Virus record (IMG/VR): IMGVR_UViG_3300033067_002128
Coordinates: 34,432-98,431 of that record
Direction: 5' to 3' (one strand)
From: a virus
Taxonomy: Duplodnaviria; Caudoviricetes
DNA length: 64,000 nucleotides
The notes under the pieces were generated by a model. That model made no database searches and was not told the origin of the DNA. It saw nothing but the letters and a program-made list of their open reading frames with translations. This document shows positions 56,307-64,000 of this stretch, piece by piece (position 1 is the stretch's first letter; each line of letters begins with the position of its first letter). Both the position numbers and the translations under genes were made by a program.

Positions 56307-57167
56307 GTGAATTACCAAAAAATTCACGATTCAATTATAGAGCGTTCTTTTAATAGGACGCTTTCTTGCTATACAGAAAAGCATCATATTATCCCGAAAT
56401 GCATGGGCGGCGATAACGATCCTTCGAATATTGCCGTTTTAACTCCAGAAGAGCATTTTTTAATTCATCAATTGTTGATTAAAATTTATCCCGATAATTA
56501 CAAATTAGTCCACGCCTGTCAAGCAATGTCAATGACCAATTCTGGCAGAAAAGTCGGAGCTAAATTATACGGTTGGCTCAAAAGAAAGATTTCTATTGCA
56601 AAAACTGGAGAAAATCATCCCTTTTTTGGTAAAAGCTTGTCAGAAGAAACAAGAAACAAAATTTCAAAATCCCATGTTGGATATAAGTATTCAGAAAAAA
56701 CTCGAAAGTTAAAATCTCTTCAAACACAAGGTTCAAAAAACCCCAATTTTGGCAAAAGACATTCGCTAGAAGCGAGAAGAAAAATGTCAGAAGTTAATAT
56801 AGGAAGAACGATGACTGATGCAAACAAAAAAGAAATGTCGAAAAGAATGTTGGGGAATCAAAGGGGGCTAGGTTACAAACATTCCCAACAATCAAGAGAT
56901 AGGATGAGCGAACAGCGAAAGGGAGAGAAACATCCTTTATTTGGGATCGGTCATACTAATGAGACTAAAATAAAAATGAGATCATTATCTCAAGACCGCT
57001 CAAAAACAGTGATTCAGCTTGATCTGAACGGAAAAGAAATAAATAGATTTCCGTCAATAATGGAAGCGCAAAGAGTTACTGGAATTGCAAAACAGTCTAT
57101 TTCGCCCGTTTGCCATGGGAAACATAAACAAGCAGGCGGTTTTCAATGGAAGTTTTCTGGTAAATAA
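56307..57167 (+). CDS. HNH homing endonuclease with NUMOD3/NUMOD1 repeats
   Basis: EKHHIIPKCMGG...LTPEEHFLIH; GENHPFFGKSLSEETR repeats; C-terminal FPSIMEAQRVTG...AGGFQWKF. Confidence 0.9.
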   Translation: MNYQKIHDSIIERSFNRTLSCYTEKHHIIPKCMGGDNDPSNIAVLTPEEHFLIHQLLIKIYPDNYKLVHACQAMSMTNSGRKVGAKLYGWLKRKISIAKTGENHPFFGKSLSEETRNKISKSHVGYKYSEKTRKLKSLQTQGSKNPNFGKRHSLEARRKMSEVNIGRTMTDANKKEMSKRMLGNQRGLGYKHSQQSRDRMSEQRKGEKHPLFGIGHTNETKIKMRSLSQDRSKTVIQLDLNGKEINRFPSIMEAQRVTGIAKQSISPVCHGKHKQAGGFQWKFSGK

Positions 57168-57196
57168 GGTCACTCTTGGAAACAAGAGGGGCTTTT
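57168..57196 (+). terminator. putative intrinsic terminator
   Basis: GGTCACTCTTG-GAAA-CAAGAGGGGCT followed by T run. Confidence 0.5.
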
Positions 57197-57213
57197 GCGT
57201 GTAAAGACAAGAA

Positions 57214-57558
57214 ATGCCAGCAGCGACATACAACTTAAATATAGAAAAAGGAGTGGATTTCTCTATTGGCCTTGTTTTACAGAGAGAAGACGGCCAATAT
57301 GTCGATTTGACCGATACAGGAGTTTGTGTTAAGGCTGAAATTGTTGAGTTTTATGGGCTTGATCCTATTACGGGATTCTTTGTCACAGAAATTCCTCCTA
57401 GCGGCATTACGCTTTCTTTAAATGCAACGGAAACTCTTTCTCTTCCTTACGATAAGGCTTACTATGATGTTGTTGTAAATACTAGCGGTTTTTTGGAAAG
57501 ATTAAAAAAGGGAGAAATTAATATTAGCCAAAACGCCACAAAAAACATTTCGTGTTAA
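57214..57558 (+). CDS. putative virion protein (BppU-like Ig fold)
   Basis: AATYNLNIEKGVDF...VDLT...ITLSLNATET...YYDV...RLKKGEI; GTGTAA 9 nt upstream. Confidence 0.6.
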   Translation: MPAATYNLNIEKGVDFSIGLVLQREDGQYVDLTDTGVCVKAEIVEFYGLDPITGFFVTEIPPSGITLSLNATETLSLPYDKAYYDVVVNTSGFLERLKKGEINISQNATKNISC

Positions 57559-57592
57559 TTAATTTTGTGTAATAAGAAAAAAGAAATAAATC

Positions 57593-58321
57593 ATGGCAAC
57601 ATACACACTTTCCAATACAGCAGGCGAAATTGACACAGGCATAGCTAGGGCTTATGCAAGGATTGGGGATACTGGTTCAAATATTGTTAATTTGGGCCAA
57701 GGCAACATTGCTACAGTAGGTTTAACTGCGGTTGTTGGGACAGTTAATCAAGCGACCTATAATTACAATACCGCTTTTGGTTATAATAATTCAGCGTTTG
57801 GAGCCTATTCCACCGCTTTTGGCAAGAATAATTATACAGAAGAAACTTTTGCCTCCGCTTTTGGGGAGGGAAATTCTGGGAACGGGCCCAATTCTTCTGC
57901 TTTTGGCTCTTTAAATAACGCACTCGGAAACTACTCTTCCGCCTTTGGAGCAAGGAATACGGCGAGCGGATACAGCGCTTCCGCCTTTGGCGTTAGAACT
58001 ACGGCAGGTGGAAACTACTCTTCTGCCTTTGGTTATCAAGCAAAAACAAACACCAATAATTCTCTGGAAATCGGTTACTGGTCTTCCACAATAACAAGAA
58101 AATCGGCCATTCGTCTCCACGGCTCAGGTTATATGGTCTCACCAGTCCCAAGCGGCGACAACACCGCCTATACGGATTGGACTGGAGTCCACGGCTCGGA
58201 ACCAGACGGTTCAATATTCCGTGGAGGACTTGCTTTTAAAGTAAGAACAAACGGCCAACTTTGGGCATATTTCAATAGCGGAGGAACCATTAAATCTGGC
58301 TCCATCGCTTCTTTTCTTTAA
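57593..58321 (+). CDS. YadA-head-like repeat fibre/adhesin protein
   Basis: About eight 14-aa repeats of NxAxGxYSSAFG. Confidence 0.75.
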   Translation: MATYTLSNTAGEIDTGIARAYARIGDTGSNIVNLGQGNIATVGLTAVVGTVNQATYNYNTAFGYNNSAFGAYSTAFGKNNYTEETFASAFGEGNSGNGPNSSAFGSLNNALGNYSSAFGARNTASGYSASAFGVRTTAGGNYSSAFGYQAKTNTNNSLEIGYWSSTITRKSAIRLHGSGYMVSPVPSGDNTAYTDWTGVHGSEPDGSIFRGGLAFKVRTNGQLWAYFNSGGTIKSGSIASFL

Positions 58322-58349
58322 TTGAATTTTTCTTTTTCCGCTCTATAAT
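58322..58349 (+). promoter_or_regulatory. sigma70-type promoter for sulfotransferase
   Basis: TTGAAT-N16-TATAAT, 5 nt before GTG. Confidence 0.55.
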
Positions 58350-58354
58350 CTGTA

Positions 58355-59167
58355 GTGGAAAAACTAATTTTCAATTCTTCAATGCCGCGATCTGGAAGCG
58401 AGTTGCTTCAATGTATTCTTCATCAGAATCCGCGTATTTACGCTTCTCCAACTTCTCCCGTATTGGAGTATATTTTTGCAATTAGACAGAACTTCGACAT
58501 TCCAGAAGTAAAGTCCCAAGACCCTGTTTTAATGAAACAGGCGTTTTTGAATATTTGCCATTCAATTCCGCAGGCATTTTATTCAAAAGTCACCAATCGG
58601 CCAGTTATAATTGACAAAAACAGAGGATGGATTCATTATCATGAATGGACAAGTGAATGGCATCCAAATCCAAAATATATATGCATGATTAGGGATTTGA
58701 GATCAATTTTGGCTTCGTTGGAGAGAATTTACAGAAAGAACAGGCATTCTCCCCAAGGAATCGACAACCCACACCAGTTGACCAATATGACCGTATGGCA
58801 AAGAGTGGATCATTGGCTCGACACTCACCCTGTCGGGTTGGCTCTTTTGAAAACATTGGACGCCTTGGAAAGGGGCCTTGGAGATAAAATCCATTTTGTA
58901 AAATACGAGGAATTATGTAACAATCCCGAAGAAACCATAAATGAAATATATGGATATATTGGAGAGCCGAAATTCTCTCATGATTTTGGATGCATTATCA
59001 AGGAGGTATTCGAAGATAGCTCTCATTTTGGAATTTTTGGGGATCACTCCGTCAAGCCAAACCTTCAACCAGTAAAACAAAATGATTGGTCTGATGTTTT
59101 TTCTGATGAAATTGCCGAATTTATTAAATCAAAAGCCCCATGGTATTTTTCTACTTTTCAATATTAA
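58355..59167 (+). CDS. sulfotransferase family protein
   Basis: SSMPRSGSELL (5'-PSB loop), IDKNR, MIRDLRSILAS (3'-PB), VKYEELCNNP. Confidence 0.85.
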   Translation: MEKLIFNSSMPRSGSELLQCILHQNPRIYASPTSPVLEYIFAIRQNFDIPEVKSQDPVLMKQAFLNICHSIPQAFYSKVTNRPVIIDKNRGWIHYHEWTSEWHPNPKYICMIRDLRSILASLERIYRKNRHSPQGIDNPHQLTNMTVWQRVDHWLDTHPVGLALLKTLDALERGLGDKIHFVKYEELCNNPEETINEIYGYIGEPKFSHDFGCIIKEVFEDSSHFGIFGDHSVKPNLQPVKQNDWSDVFSDEIAEFIKSKAPWYFSTFQY

Positions 59168-59196
59168 GTGTAACAATTTACAACCAATAAACAACA

Positions 59197-59469
59197 ATGG
59201 CAATTTTAAATACCGCTCCAGTCGTAATCCCAGCAACAGACGAGAAGGAATTTCCCGATCTTTGGATTCGCTCTATTCATATTAACGCTCCAAGCACCAC
59301 TCAAGGAAGAGCAATGTTCCAACTTTGCCCATACGACTCTCTTACTGGCGAAATTCTTAATTCCCCAAGAACAATTATAATTGAAGACTTGTGGGCCAAA
59401 ATCAACGAAAGCCCAGAATTCCAAGCTGCAATGGCGGCTATTTTTGCCGCTGTCGAAACCATTAAATAA
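59197..59469 (+). CDS. hypothetical protein (late, possibly fibre-associated)
   Basis: 90 aa ORF with GTGTAA at 59168. Confidence 0.65.
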   Translation: MAILNTAPVVIPATDEKEFPDLWIRSIHINAPSTTQGRAMFQLCPYDSLTGEILNSPRTIIIEDLWAKINESPEFQAAMAAIFAAVETIK

Positions 59470-60440
59470 TGGGAGATTACGGATATTTTTCATATCCTCA
59501 TGTTGGGATAAACGTTCCGAATACTTGTCCGTTTTTTCCCAATATCAGGACTGACGCCGCAGGTATAACTTACATACGCTTCAATCAAAGCTATGTTTTT
59601 GACTGGCAGACCAAAAAAGAAGGCTATAAGGAGCTTGAAGTAATAAAAATATCTGGAATAGACCAAATTTTCCAAATTCCAGCGGAAGAAACACAGGATA
59701 CTAGGTTTTTTGTCAAAATCACAACAGCGGAGTCGCAAGCAAACGTTGCCTCGGCATCTATTGAAAAAAAATATGACGACGAGGTGAAGGGCGGAAGTGG
59801 TGACTTCCATTATAGCGCAGACAACCCAGAAGACGGTTATGCAAATAAAAGCGGAGAATTCTGGATTCCCGTATGTAATTTCAATAAAGACGGGGTTTTA
59901 ATAGACCTATTTTTGCGCGAAAACATTCATTGGCAAAAAATAAACTTCGCCAATTTGCCAGAGGAGGGTAGCGCAGAAAACTGTTTTGGGGTTCTTAAAA
60001 AGTGGGGAGACACTCCATTTAACGATAATCCAAACGTCACTTTCCAAAATTTAATTCAAAGAGAGGCCGAATACACCGAAACAGGAGAACATTTTATAAA
60101 ACTTGAGCAAAGCGGCGGCGGAATCGTGATCACCACGCAGTTACCAGCCCTTGAAGAGAACCAGCAGTGTCTTTTGTGGAGAAGCTCCGATAATCAATGG
60201 CAATGGATCAAGGGGATAAAGGAAAACGCCCAACTTTTGTTTAAAAATAAAGACGGAGAATTATCATTTGTTGATACTTATGACGGAGTTCCTTATGTAA
60301 ATAATGATGAATTACAGTTTCTTAGATTTGATGAAGCTGGCAGTCCCTCCCCAGAACTCCCTTCTTTTGTCGCTTATGATGGAACTGATCTTACATGGGT
60401 CGGCAGCGAAGAATGCGAAGAAACAAATCCAGATGGTTGA
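59469..60440 (+). CDS. hypothetical acidic protein
   Basis: 323 aa ORF, TAATG-coupled. Confidence 0.7.
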   Translation: MGDYGYFSYPHVGINVPNTCPFFPNIRTDAAGITYIRFNQSYVFDWQTKKEGYKELEVIKISGIDQIFQIPAEETQDTRFFVKITTAESQANVASASIEKKYDDEVKGGSGDFHYSADNPEDGYANKSGEFWIPVCNFNKDGVLIDLFLRENIHWQKINFANLPEEGSAENCFGVLKKWGDTPFNDNPNVTFQNLIQREAEYTETGEHFIKLEQSGGGIVITTQLPALEENQQCLLWRSSDNQWQWIKGIKENAQLLFKNKDGELSFVDTYDGVPYVNNDELQFLRFDEAGSPSPELPSFVAYDGTDLTWVGSEECEETNPDG

Positions 60441-60443
60441 AAT

Positions 60444-60941
60444 ATGGCAGTTGTTCCTCATTTGAAAAACGGAAACGTTCTCATTAAGAATGGCGGCGTT
60501 TTGGGTTGTTGTTGCGATGGCGGGCCAGTGGACCCAAATCTTTGTGGGCAGTGCGAGACTAGTAGTTTGTTTATTTATATAAGAGTGGACCTTGCAGTTG
60601 GAATTGGTGTTTTTAATACTTATTGTCATACTGAAACGATTTCACTTGATACTATATTCGGAGTTTCCCCATTTAATAGCGTTGAGACTTGTTGGGTTAA
60701 AAATACTATTATGGTTCAACTTCCAGAAGAATATTATGGGCCAGATTATTTTTATACATTTGATTTAATTTGGCAAGACGACTTGGCCGCATGGATTGTA
60801 AACCCAGAATTTTCGGCATCTGGATTTGCCGTCATATCAAACTCCAGATGCGATCCTTCTGGTTATTACGAAGACACTAATGAAGGCAATATAGTTGCGG
60901 CCATAGAAATTTCTCTATTGCCAATTGATGGTTGTTATTAA
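60444..60941 (+). CDS. hypothetical Cys-rich acidic protein
   Basis: 165 aa ORF; LKNGNVLIKNGGVLGCCC. Confidence 0.65.
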   Translation: MAVVPHLKNGNVLIKNGGVLGCCCDGGPVDPNLCGQCETSSLFIYIRVDLAVGIGVFNTYCHTETISLDTIFGVSPFNSVETCWVKNTIMVQLPEEYYGPDYFYTFDLIWQDDLAAWIVNPEFSASGFAVISNSRCDPSGYYEDTNEGNIVAAIEISLLPIDGCY

Positions 60942-60948
60942 CAAAACC

Positions 60949-61218
60949 CTAAGAAACCTTCCTCAACTTCACAACCACCGTATAACCGTCCCTCGTCTTC
61001 AAATATCTGATTGATTCAATCACATAACCATCAGGTTTTGTTCTCTCCAGACGATTCATCGCCCCTTCATACGAGTATGGACTTGTGGCCGAAATGGTTA
61101 ATGTTTGCAAATGTTTCGGGAAATTTGATTTTTGTAAATCCCTCAAATCCTTTTGACGCTCCGCAAAAGAACTCCCACACATCAAGGCCGAACAAAGAAT
61201 AAAAACTAGTGCTTTCAT
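60949..61218 (-). CDS. small secreted protein
   Basis: Signal peptide MKALVFILCSALMCGSSFA; minus-strand TTGACA-N16-TATTCT promoter at 61225-61252. Confidence 0.7.
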   Translation of the reverse strand: MKALVFILCSALMCGSSFAERQKDLRDLQKSNFPKHLQTLTISATSPYSYEGAMNRLERTKPDGYVIESIRYLKTRDGYTVVVKLRKVS

Positions 61219-61248
61219 GGGTTTAGAATAACCGATTTTGGGCGCTTG

Positions 61249-61386
61249 TCAATCCCAAAGATGAGCTTTTCTTTGGGCTTTCAATTTTTCAATAAGGGCT
61301 ATTTTTTCTCTTCTGGACAAACGAGGACGACGCATTCTTTTTATGCGTTTGAATAGAATTCTTAGGTATTTTAATAGTTTTTCCAT
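61249..61386 (-). CDS. possible 45-aa highly basic peptide (not in ORF track)
   Basis: MEKLLKYLRILFKRIKRMRRPRLSRREKIALIEKLKAQRKAHLWD; fills the gap; minus-strand GTGTAA at 61423-61428. Confidence 0.4.
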   Translation of the reverse strand: MEKLLKYLRILFKRIKRMRRPRLSRREKIALIEKLKAQRKAHLWD

Positions 61387-61432
61387 ACAGAATAAGGAAA
61401 ATCATAAGGCTCTAGTGTAATATTACACGCTT

Positions 61433-62347
61433 ATGGATTTAAAAAGCGATTATTACGTATATGTGCATATAAGGCCAGATACTAAAGAAATATTCTATGT
61501 TGGCAAGGGGAAAAAATATAGGTGCAATTCCAAATCACGCAGAAACGCCTATTGGGAAAACGTTGTGTCTAAAAATTTTGGCATTTTTATTGTAGAAAAA
61601 TTAGCAGACAACATATTAGAATCGTTAGCTTTTGAATTAGAGATTGAATTTATTAAATTTTTAAAAGCAAAAGGCTTTAAAATAACTAATGCGACAGAAG
61701 GTGGAGAGGGGACAAGCGGCTCTCCTCGCCCGAAAAGCGGCGAATGGCGTAATAAAATTTCCGAATCTGCTTCTAACACTCTTCCTGTATTGCAATTTTC
61801 CAAAAGTGGAGATATTGTTGGACGTTATAAAAGCATAGCAGAAGCATCTAAAAACTCTGGGCTTTGTAGCAGTTCGATTAGTAAATGTTGTAAACAAAAA
61901 ATACTAACTGTCGGTAGTTTTATATGGAGATACGACGATGGATCATCGTATGATTTAAGTTATAATCCGAGAAATCGAAAATCTATTAAAATATCTCAAT
62001 ATTCAAAAAACAAAGAACATATCAGAGATTATTCAAGTGTTAATGAAGCGGCAAAAAATTTGGGGCTTTGCAGAAGTAGTATTATAAAAAGCTGTAAAGG
62101 GAAAAATAATTTTTCTGGAGGTTATATCTGGAGATACAACAATGATCATGTTGATAAATTTCAATATGTATCCAAAAGAAGAGTCAGGCCAGTTTCTCAA
62201 TATACCAGAGATAATCAATTAGTCAATAATTTTAAAAGCATCAAAGAAGCATCTGATTTTCTCGGTATTGACGCTGGAGATATATGTTCTTGTTGCAGAG
62301 GAAAACACAAAATCGCTGGTGGATTTGCGTGGAAATATGAAGAGTAG
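61433..62347 (+). CDS. GIY-YIG homing endonuclease with three NUMOD1-like repeats
   Basis: YYVYVHIRPDTKEIFYVGKG, LEIEFI, NATEGGEG; three YKSIAEA...CC...GGFxWRY units. Confidence 0.9.
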   Translation: MDLKSDYYVYVHIRPDTKEIFYVGKGKKYRCNSKSRRNAYWENVVSKNFGIFIVEKLADNILESLAFELEIEFIKFLKAKGFKITNATEGGEGTSGSPRPKSGEWRNKISESASNTLPVLQFSKSGDIVGRYKSIAEASKNSGLCSSSISKCCKQKILTVGSFIWRYDDGSSYDLSYNPRNRKSIKISQYSKNKEHIRDYSSVNEAAKNLGLCRSSIIKSCKGKNNFSGGYIWRYNNDHVDKFQYVSKRRVRPVSQYTRDNQLVNNFKSIKEASDFLGIDAGDICSCCRGKHKIAGGFAWKYEE

Positions 62348-62349
62348 CC

Positions 62350-63102
62350 TCACTTCCGATAATTTATGCAGCCAAAATGCATGAAATCGTAATTTTTTTC
62401 TGGCCCTAAGCCAGTCATTCCGTAAGAGTAAACAATGTCCCAAAAAGCTTTGTATTCAGGTCTAGCCAAGAAAGCTTTGGTTTTGCCCCATTTAAGTTGA
62501 TTATTTTCAGGGTCTATATCAATTACCGCGCCCCAAGAATGATGGGACCACTCGGAACCTCCGCGCATTTTTCGGACGTTTAAGCAGCCTCCGAATTTGT
62601 TTAAACCCAATCTTTCGATTTCTTTTATTCCATAATGATCCAATATGTCTTGAAACATAGCCTTAAAAGATTCGGCACATTTCTTGTGACAACTCATCCT
62701 ATGTATAACGATCTTTGTATCCCAAGCCAACACCATAGGATAGGGAAGATCAATTAAAACTTGGTTTTCCCCTTTTTCACCATAAAATCTTGAAATTTCG
62801 GCGGCGTTTGCCTTGGGCCAGTCTTTATATTTTCCAGAAGAAGGCACGATAATTTGAGGTTTTTTCGCGCCAAGAACTTCTAAAATTTTATTCCAAGTAT
62901 TCGGGCCGTCTTTTGCATCTTCCACAAGTCCAAGCAGTTTTTGCGTTTCTTTAATAATGGAAGGAATTGTTGAATATTGAGCCCCAACACCCATAAAATC
63001 TTTAATGGCAGTCCAAGTTTGCATTCCAGCATCACCATCCACCGTAATATTCAATAGTTTTTGGGCTTGTTTTACTTTTTGTTCTCTGTCAGGAAAGTCC
63101 AT
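62350..63102 (-). CDS. endolysin: M15 family Zn peptidase with N-terminal peptidoglycan-binding repeats
   Basis: QKLLNITVDGDAGMQTW and QKLLGLVEDAKDGPNTW; RKMRGGSEWSHHSWGAVIDID...DFMHF; start at MDFPDR, 8 nt after GTGTAA. Confidence 0.85.
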   Translation of the reverse strand: MDFPDREQKVKQAQKLLNITVDGDAGMQTWTAIKDFMGVGAQYSTIPSIIKETQKLLGLVEDAKDGPNTWNKILEVLGAKKPQIIVPSSGKYKDWPKANAAEISRFYGEKGENQVLIDLPYPMVLAWDTKIVIHRMSCHKKCAESFKAMFQDILDHYGIKEIERLGLNKFGGCLNVRKMRGGSEWSHHSWGAVIDIDPENNQLKWGKTKAFLARPEYKAFWDIVYSYGMTGLGPEKNYDFMHFGCINYRK

Positions 63103-63138
63103 ATTTTCAATTACACCTTTTTTTGTGTAAAAATTAGC

Positions 63139-63480
63139 ATGAGTCCGCGTCTTCTTCAACAACAAATCCACTCTACTTTTGCAACTGGATTGGCAACATG
63201 GGAGGGATTTCGCACGGATATTATCAATTTATACAATTCTGGGACCAATTATGCCGATTTCAACGACCACCTCGTAAGGGAATTCAATAAAAAAATAAGG
63301 GATTTTAATTTCGACTCTGGTTTATATTTTGGTCCTTATGATGGTGGATTGAGATTTATTGGTAGCGAGCTTGGAGTTCCTGCGGACGAAGGATTTGTCT
63401 TTGTCTATGCTGGAGGCCAACAAGTCTTGCTCAATAACGGCGATCAAGTCCAAGTCCCAGAACAATACGCCAACGCCTAA
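63139..63480 (+). CDS. hypothetical late protein
   Basis: Start MSPRLL 8 nt after GTGTAA at 63125. Confidence 0.65.
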   Translation: MSPRLLQQQIHSTFATGLATWEGFRTDIINLYNSGTNYADFNDHLVREFNKKIRDFNFDSGLYFGPYDGGLRFIGSELGVPADEGFVFVYAGGQQVLLNNGDQVQVPEQYANA

Positions 63481-63483
63481 TTT

Positions 63484-64000
63484 ATGAGTCTTATTACTTC
63501 TGTTCCTGTTTCTGATTTTCTTCAATCTGCCGACATTTCAGGGATGCAGACCGTATTGGAGAACGCCTTGAGTTCCGAAATATTGGACCCGAACAATAAT
63601 ACAAATCAGAATTTTACGGTTTTATGGGACGATAATGGTGCCGAGATCCATAATTTGACCAATATTGGAGATAATGTGTTTTCATCTTCAAGCAGAATAG
63701 GATTAAGCATTGGGAATTCAGTAACGAGTATTGGAAATTATGCGTTTCAATTTTGCTCTGGTTTCACGGGGGATTTGGTGATTCCGAATTCTGTGACGAG
63801 TATTGGGAATTATGCGTTTAATTATTGCTCTGGTTTCACGGGGGATTTGGTGATTCCGAATTCTGTGACGAGTATTGGGAGTTATGCGTTTAATTATTGC
63901 TCTGGTTTCACGGGGGATTTGGTGATTGGGAATTCTGTGACGAATATTGGGAATTATGCGTTTCAATCTTGCTCTGGTTTCACGGGGGATTTGGTGATTC
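63484..64000 (+). CDS. BspA-type leucine-rich repeat protein, truncated by window edge
   Basis: Open from ATG 63484; repeats IPNSVTSIGNYAFNYCSGFTGDLV. Confidence 0.9.
   Translation, partial: MSLITSVPVSDFLQSADISGMQTVLENALSSEILDPNNNTNQNFTVLWDDNGAEIHNLTNIGDNVFSSSSRIGLSIGNSVTSIGNYAFQFCSGFTGDLVIPNSVTSIGNYAFNYCSGFTGDLVIPNSVTSIGSYAFNYCSGFTGDLVIGNSVTNIGNYAFQSCSGFTGDLVI
63709..64000 (+). repeat. 72-bp tandem repeat, at least 4 copies
   Basis: Units start at 63709, 63781, 63853, 63925, 63997. Confidence 0.95.

Noticed and set aside
63709-64000. Diversity-generating retroelement TR/VR pair
   Set aside because: These are ordinary in-frame tandem LRR units and no reverse transcriptase is present in the window.
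1-64000. Alternative genetic code, and the many short antisense or overlapping ORFs in the track
   Set aside because: Long ORFs tile the window under the standard code; the short ORFs are shadows of real genes with no motifs.

Overview
A 64-kb, gene-dense, AT-rich segment of a large tailed dsDNA phage genome (standard genetic code; host not identifiable from sequence). Layout: tail module (1-17.6 kb, +) with a 3064-aa tape measure protein (TMP); a mostly minus-strand block (17.6-29.6 kb) with a putative recombinase, glycosyltransferases, SSB-like protein, sigma factor, dNMP kinase, orphan TnpB and dUTPase; a repeat-rich divergent intergenic region (29.6-29.9 kb); class II RNR with two inteins; a 10-gene glycan biosynthesis cluster; a replication block (RecA, DnaB, primase, HIRAN-exonuclease, three-piece DNA Pol III, Clp ATPase); and late/lysis genes (holin-like, YadA-like fibre, sulfotransferase, M15 endolysin, BspA-type LRR protein). 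Five free-standing homing endonucleases are present. Best candidate novel system: the middle of the TMP (aa 531-2059) is an array of nine modules punctuated by ten copies of the peptide motif x-A-x-G-F-[VI]-P-N-[FY]. The modules include two protein-kinase-like domains, two PD-(D/E)xK-like domains and several unknown domains, suggesting a modular, possibly proteolytically released effector payload injected with the TMP. Also notable are a phage-specific GTGTA(A/T) promoter-like motif before late genes and mobile nucleases, and Ser/Thr-Gly-rich virion proteins alongside exostosin-type, fucosyl- and sulfotransferases. All assignments are from motif recognition by eye; no searches were run.
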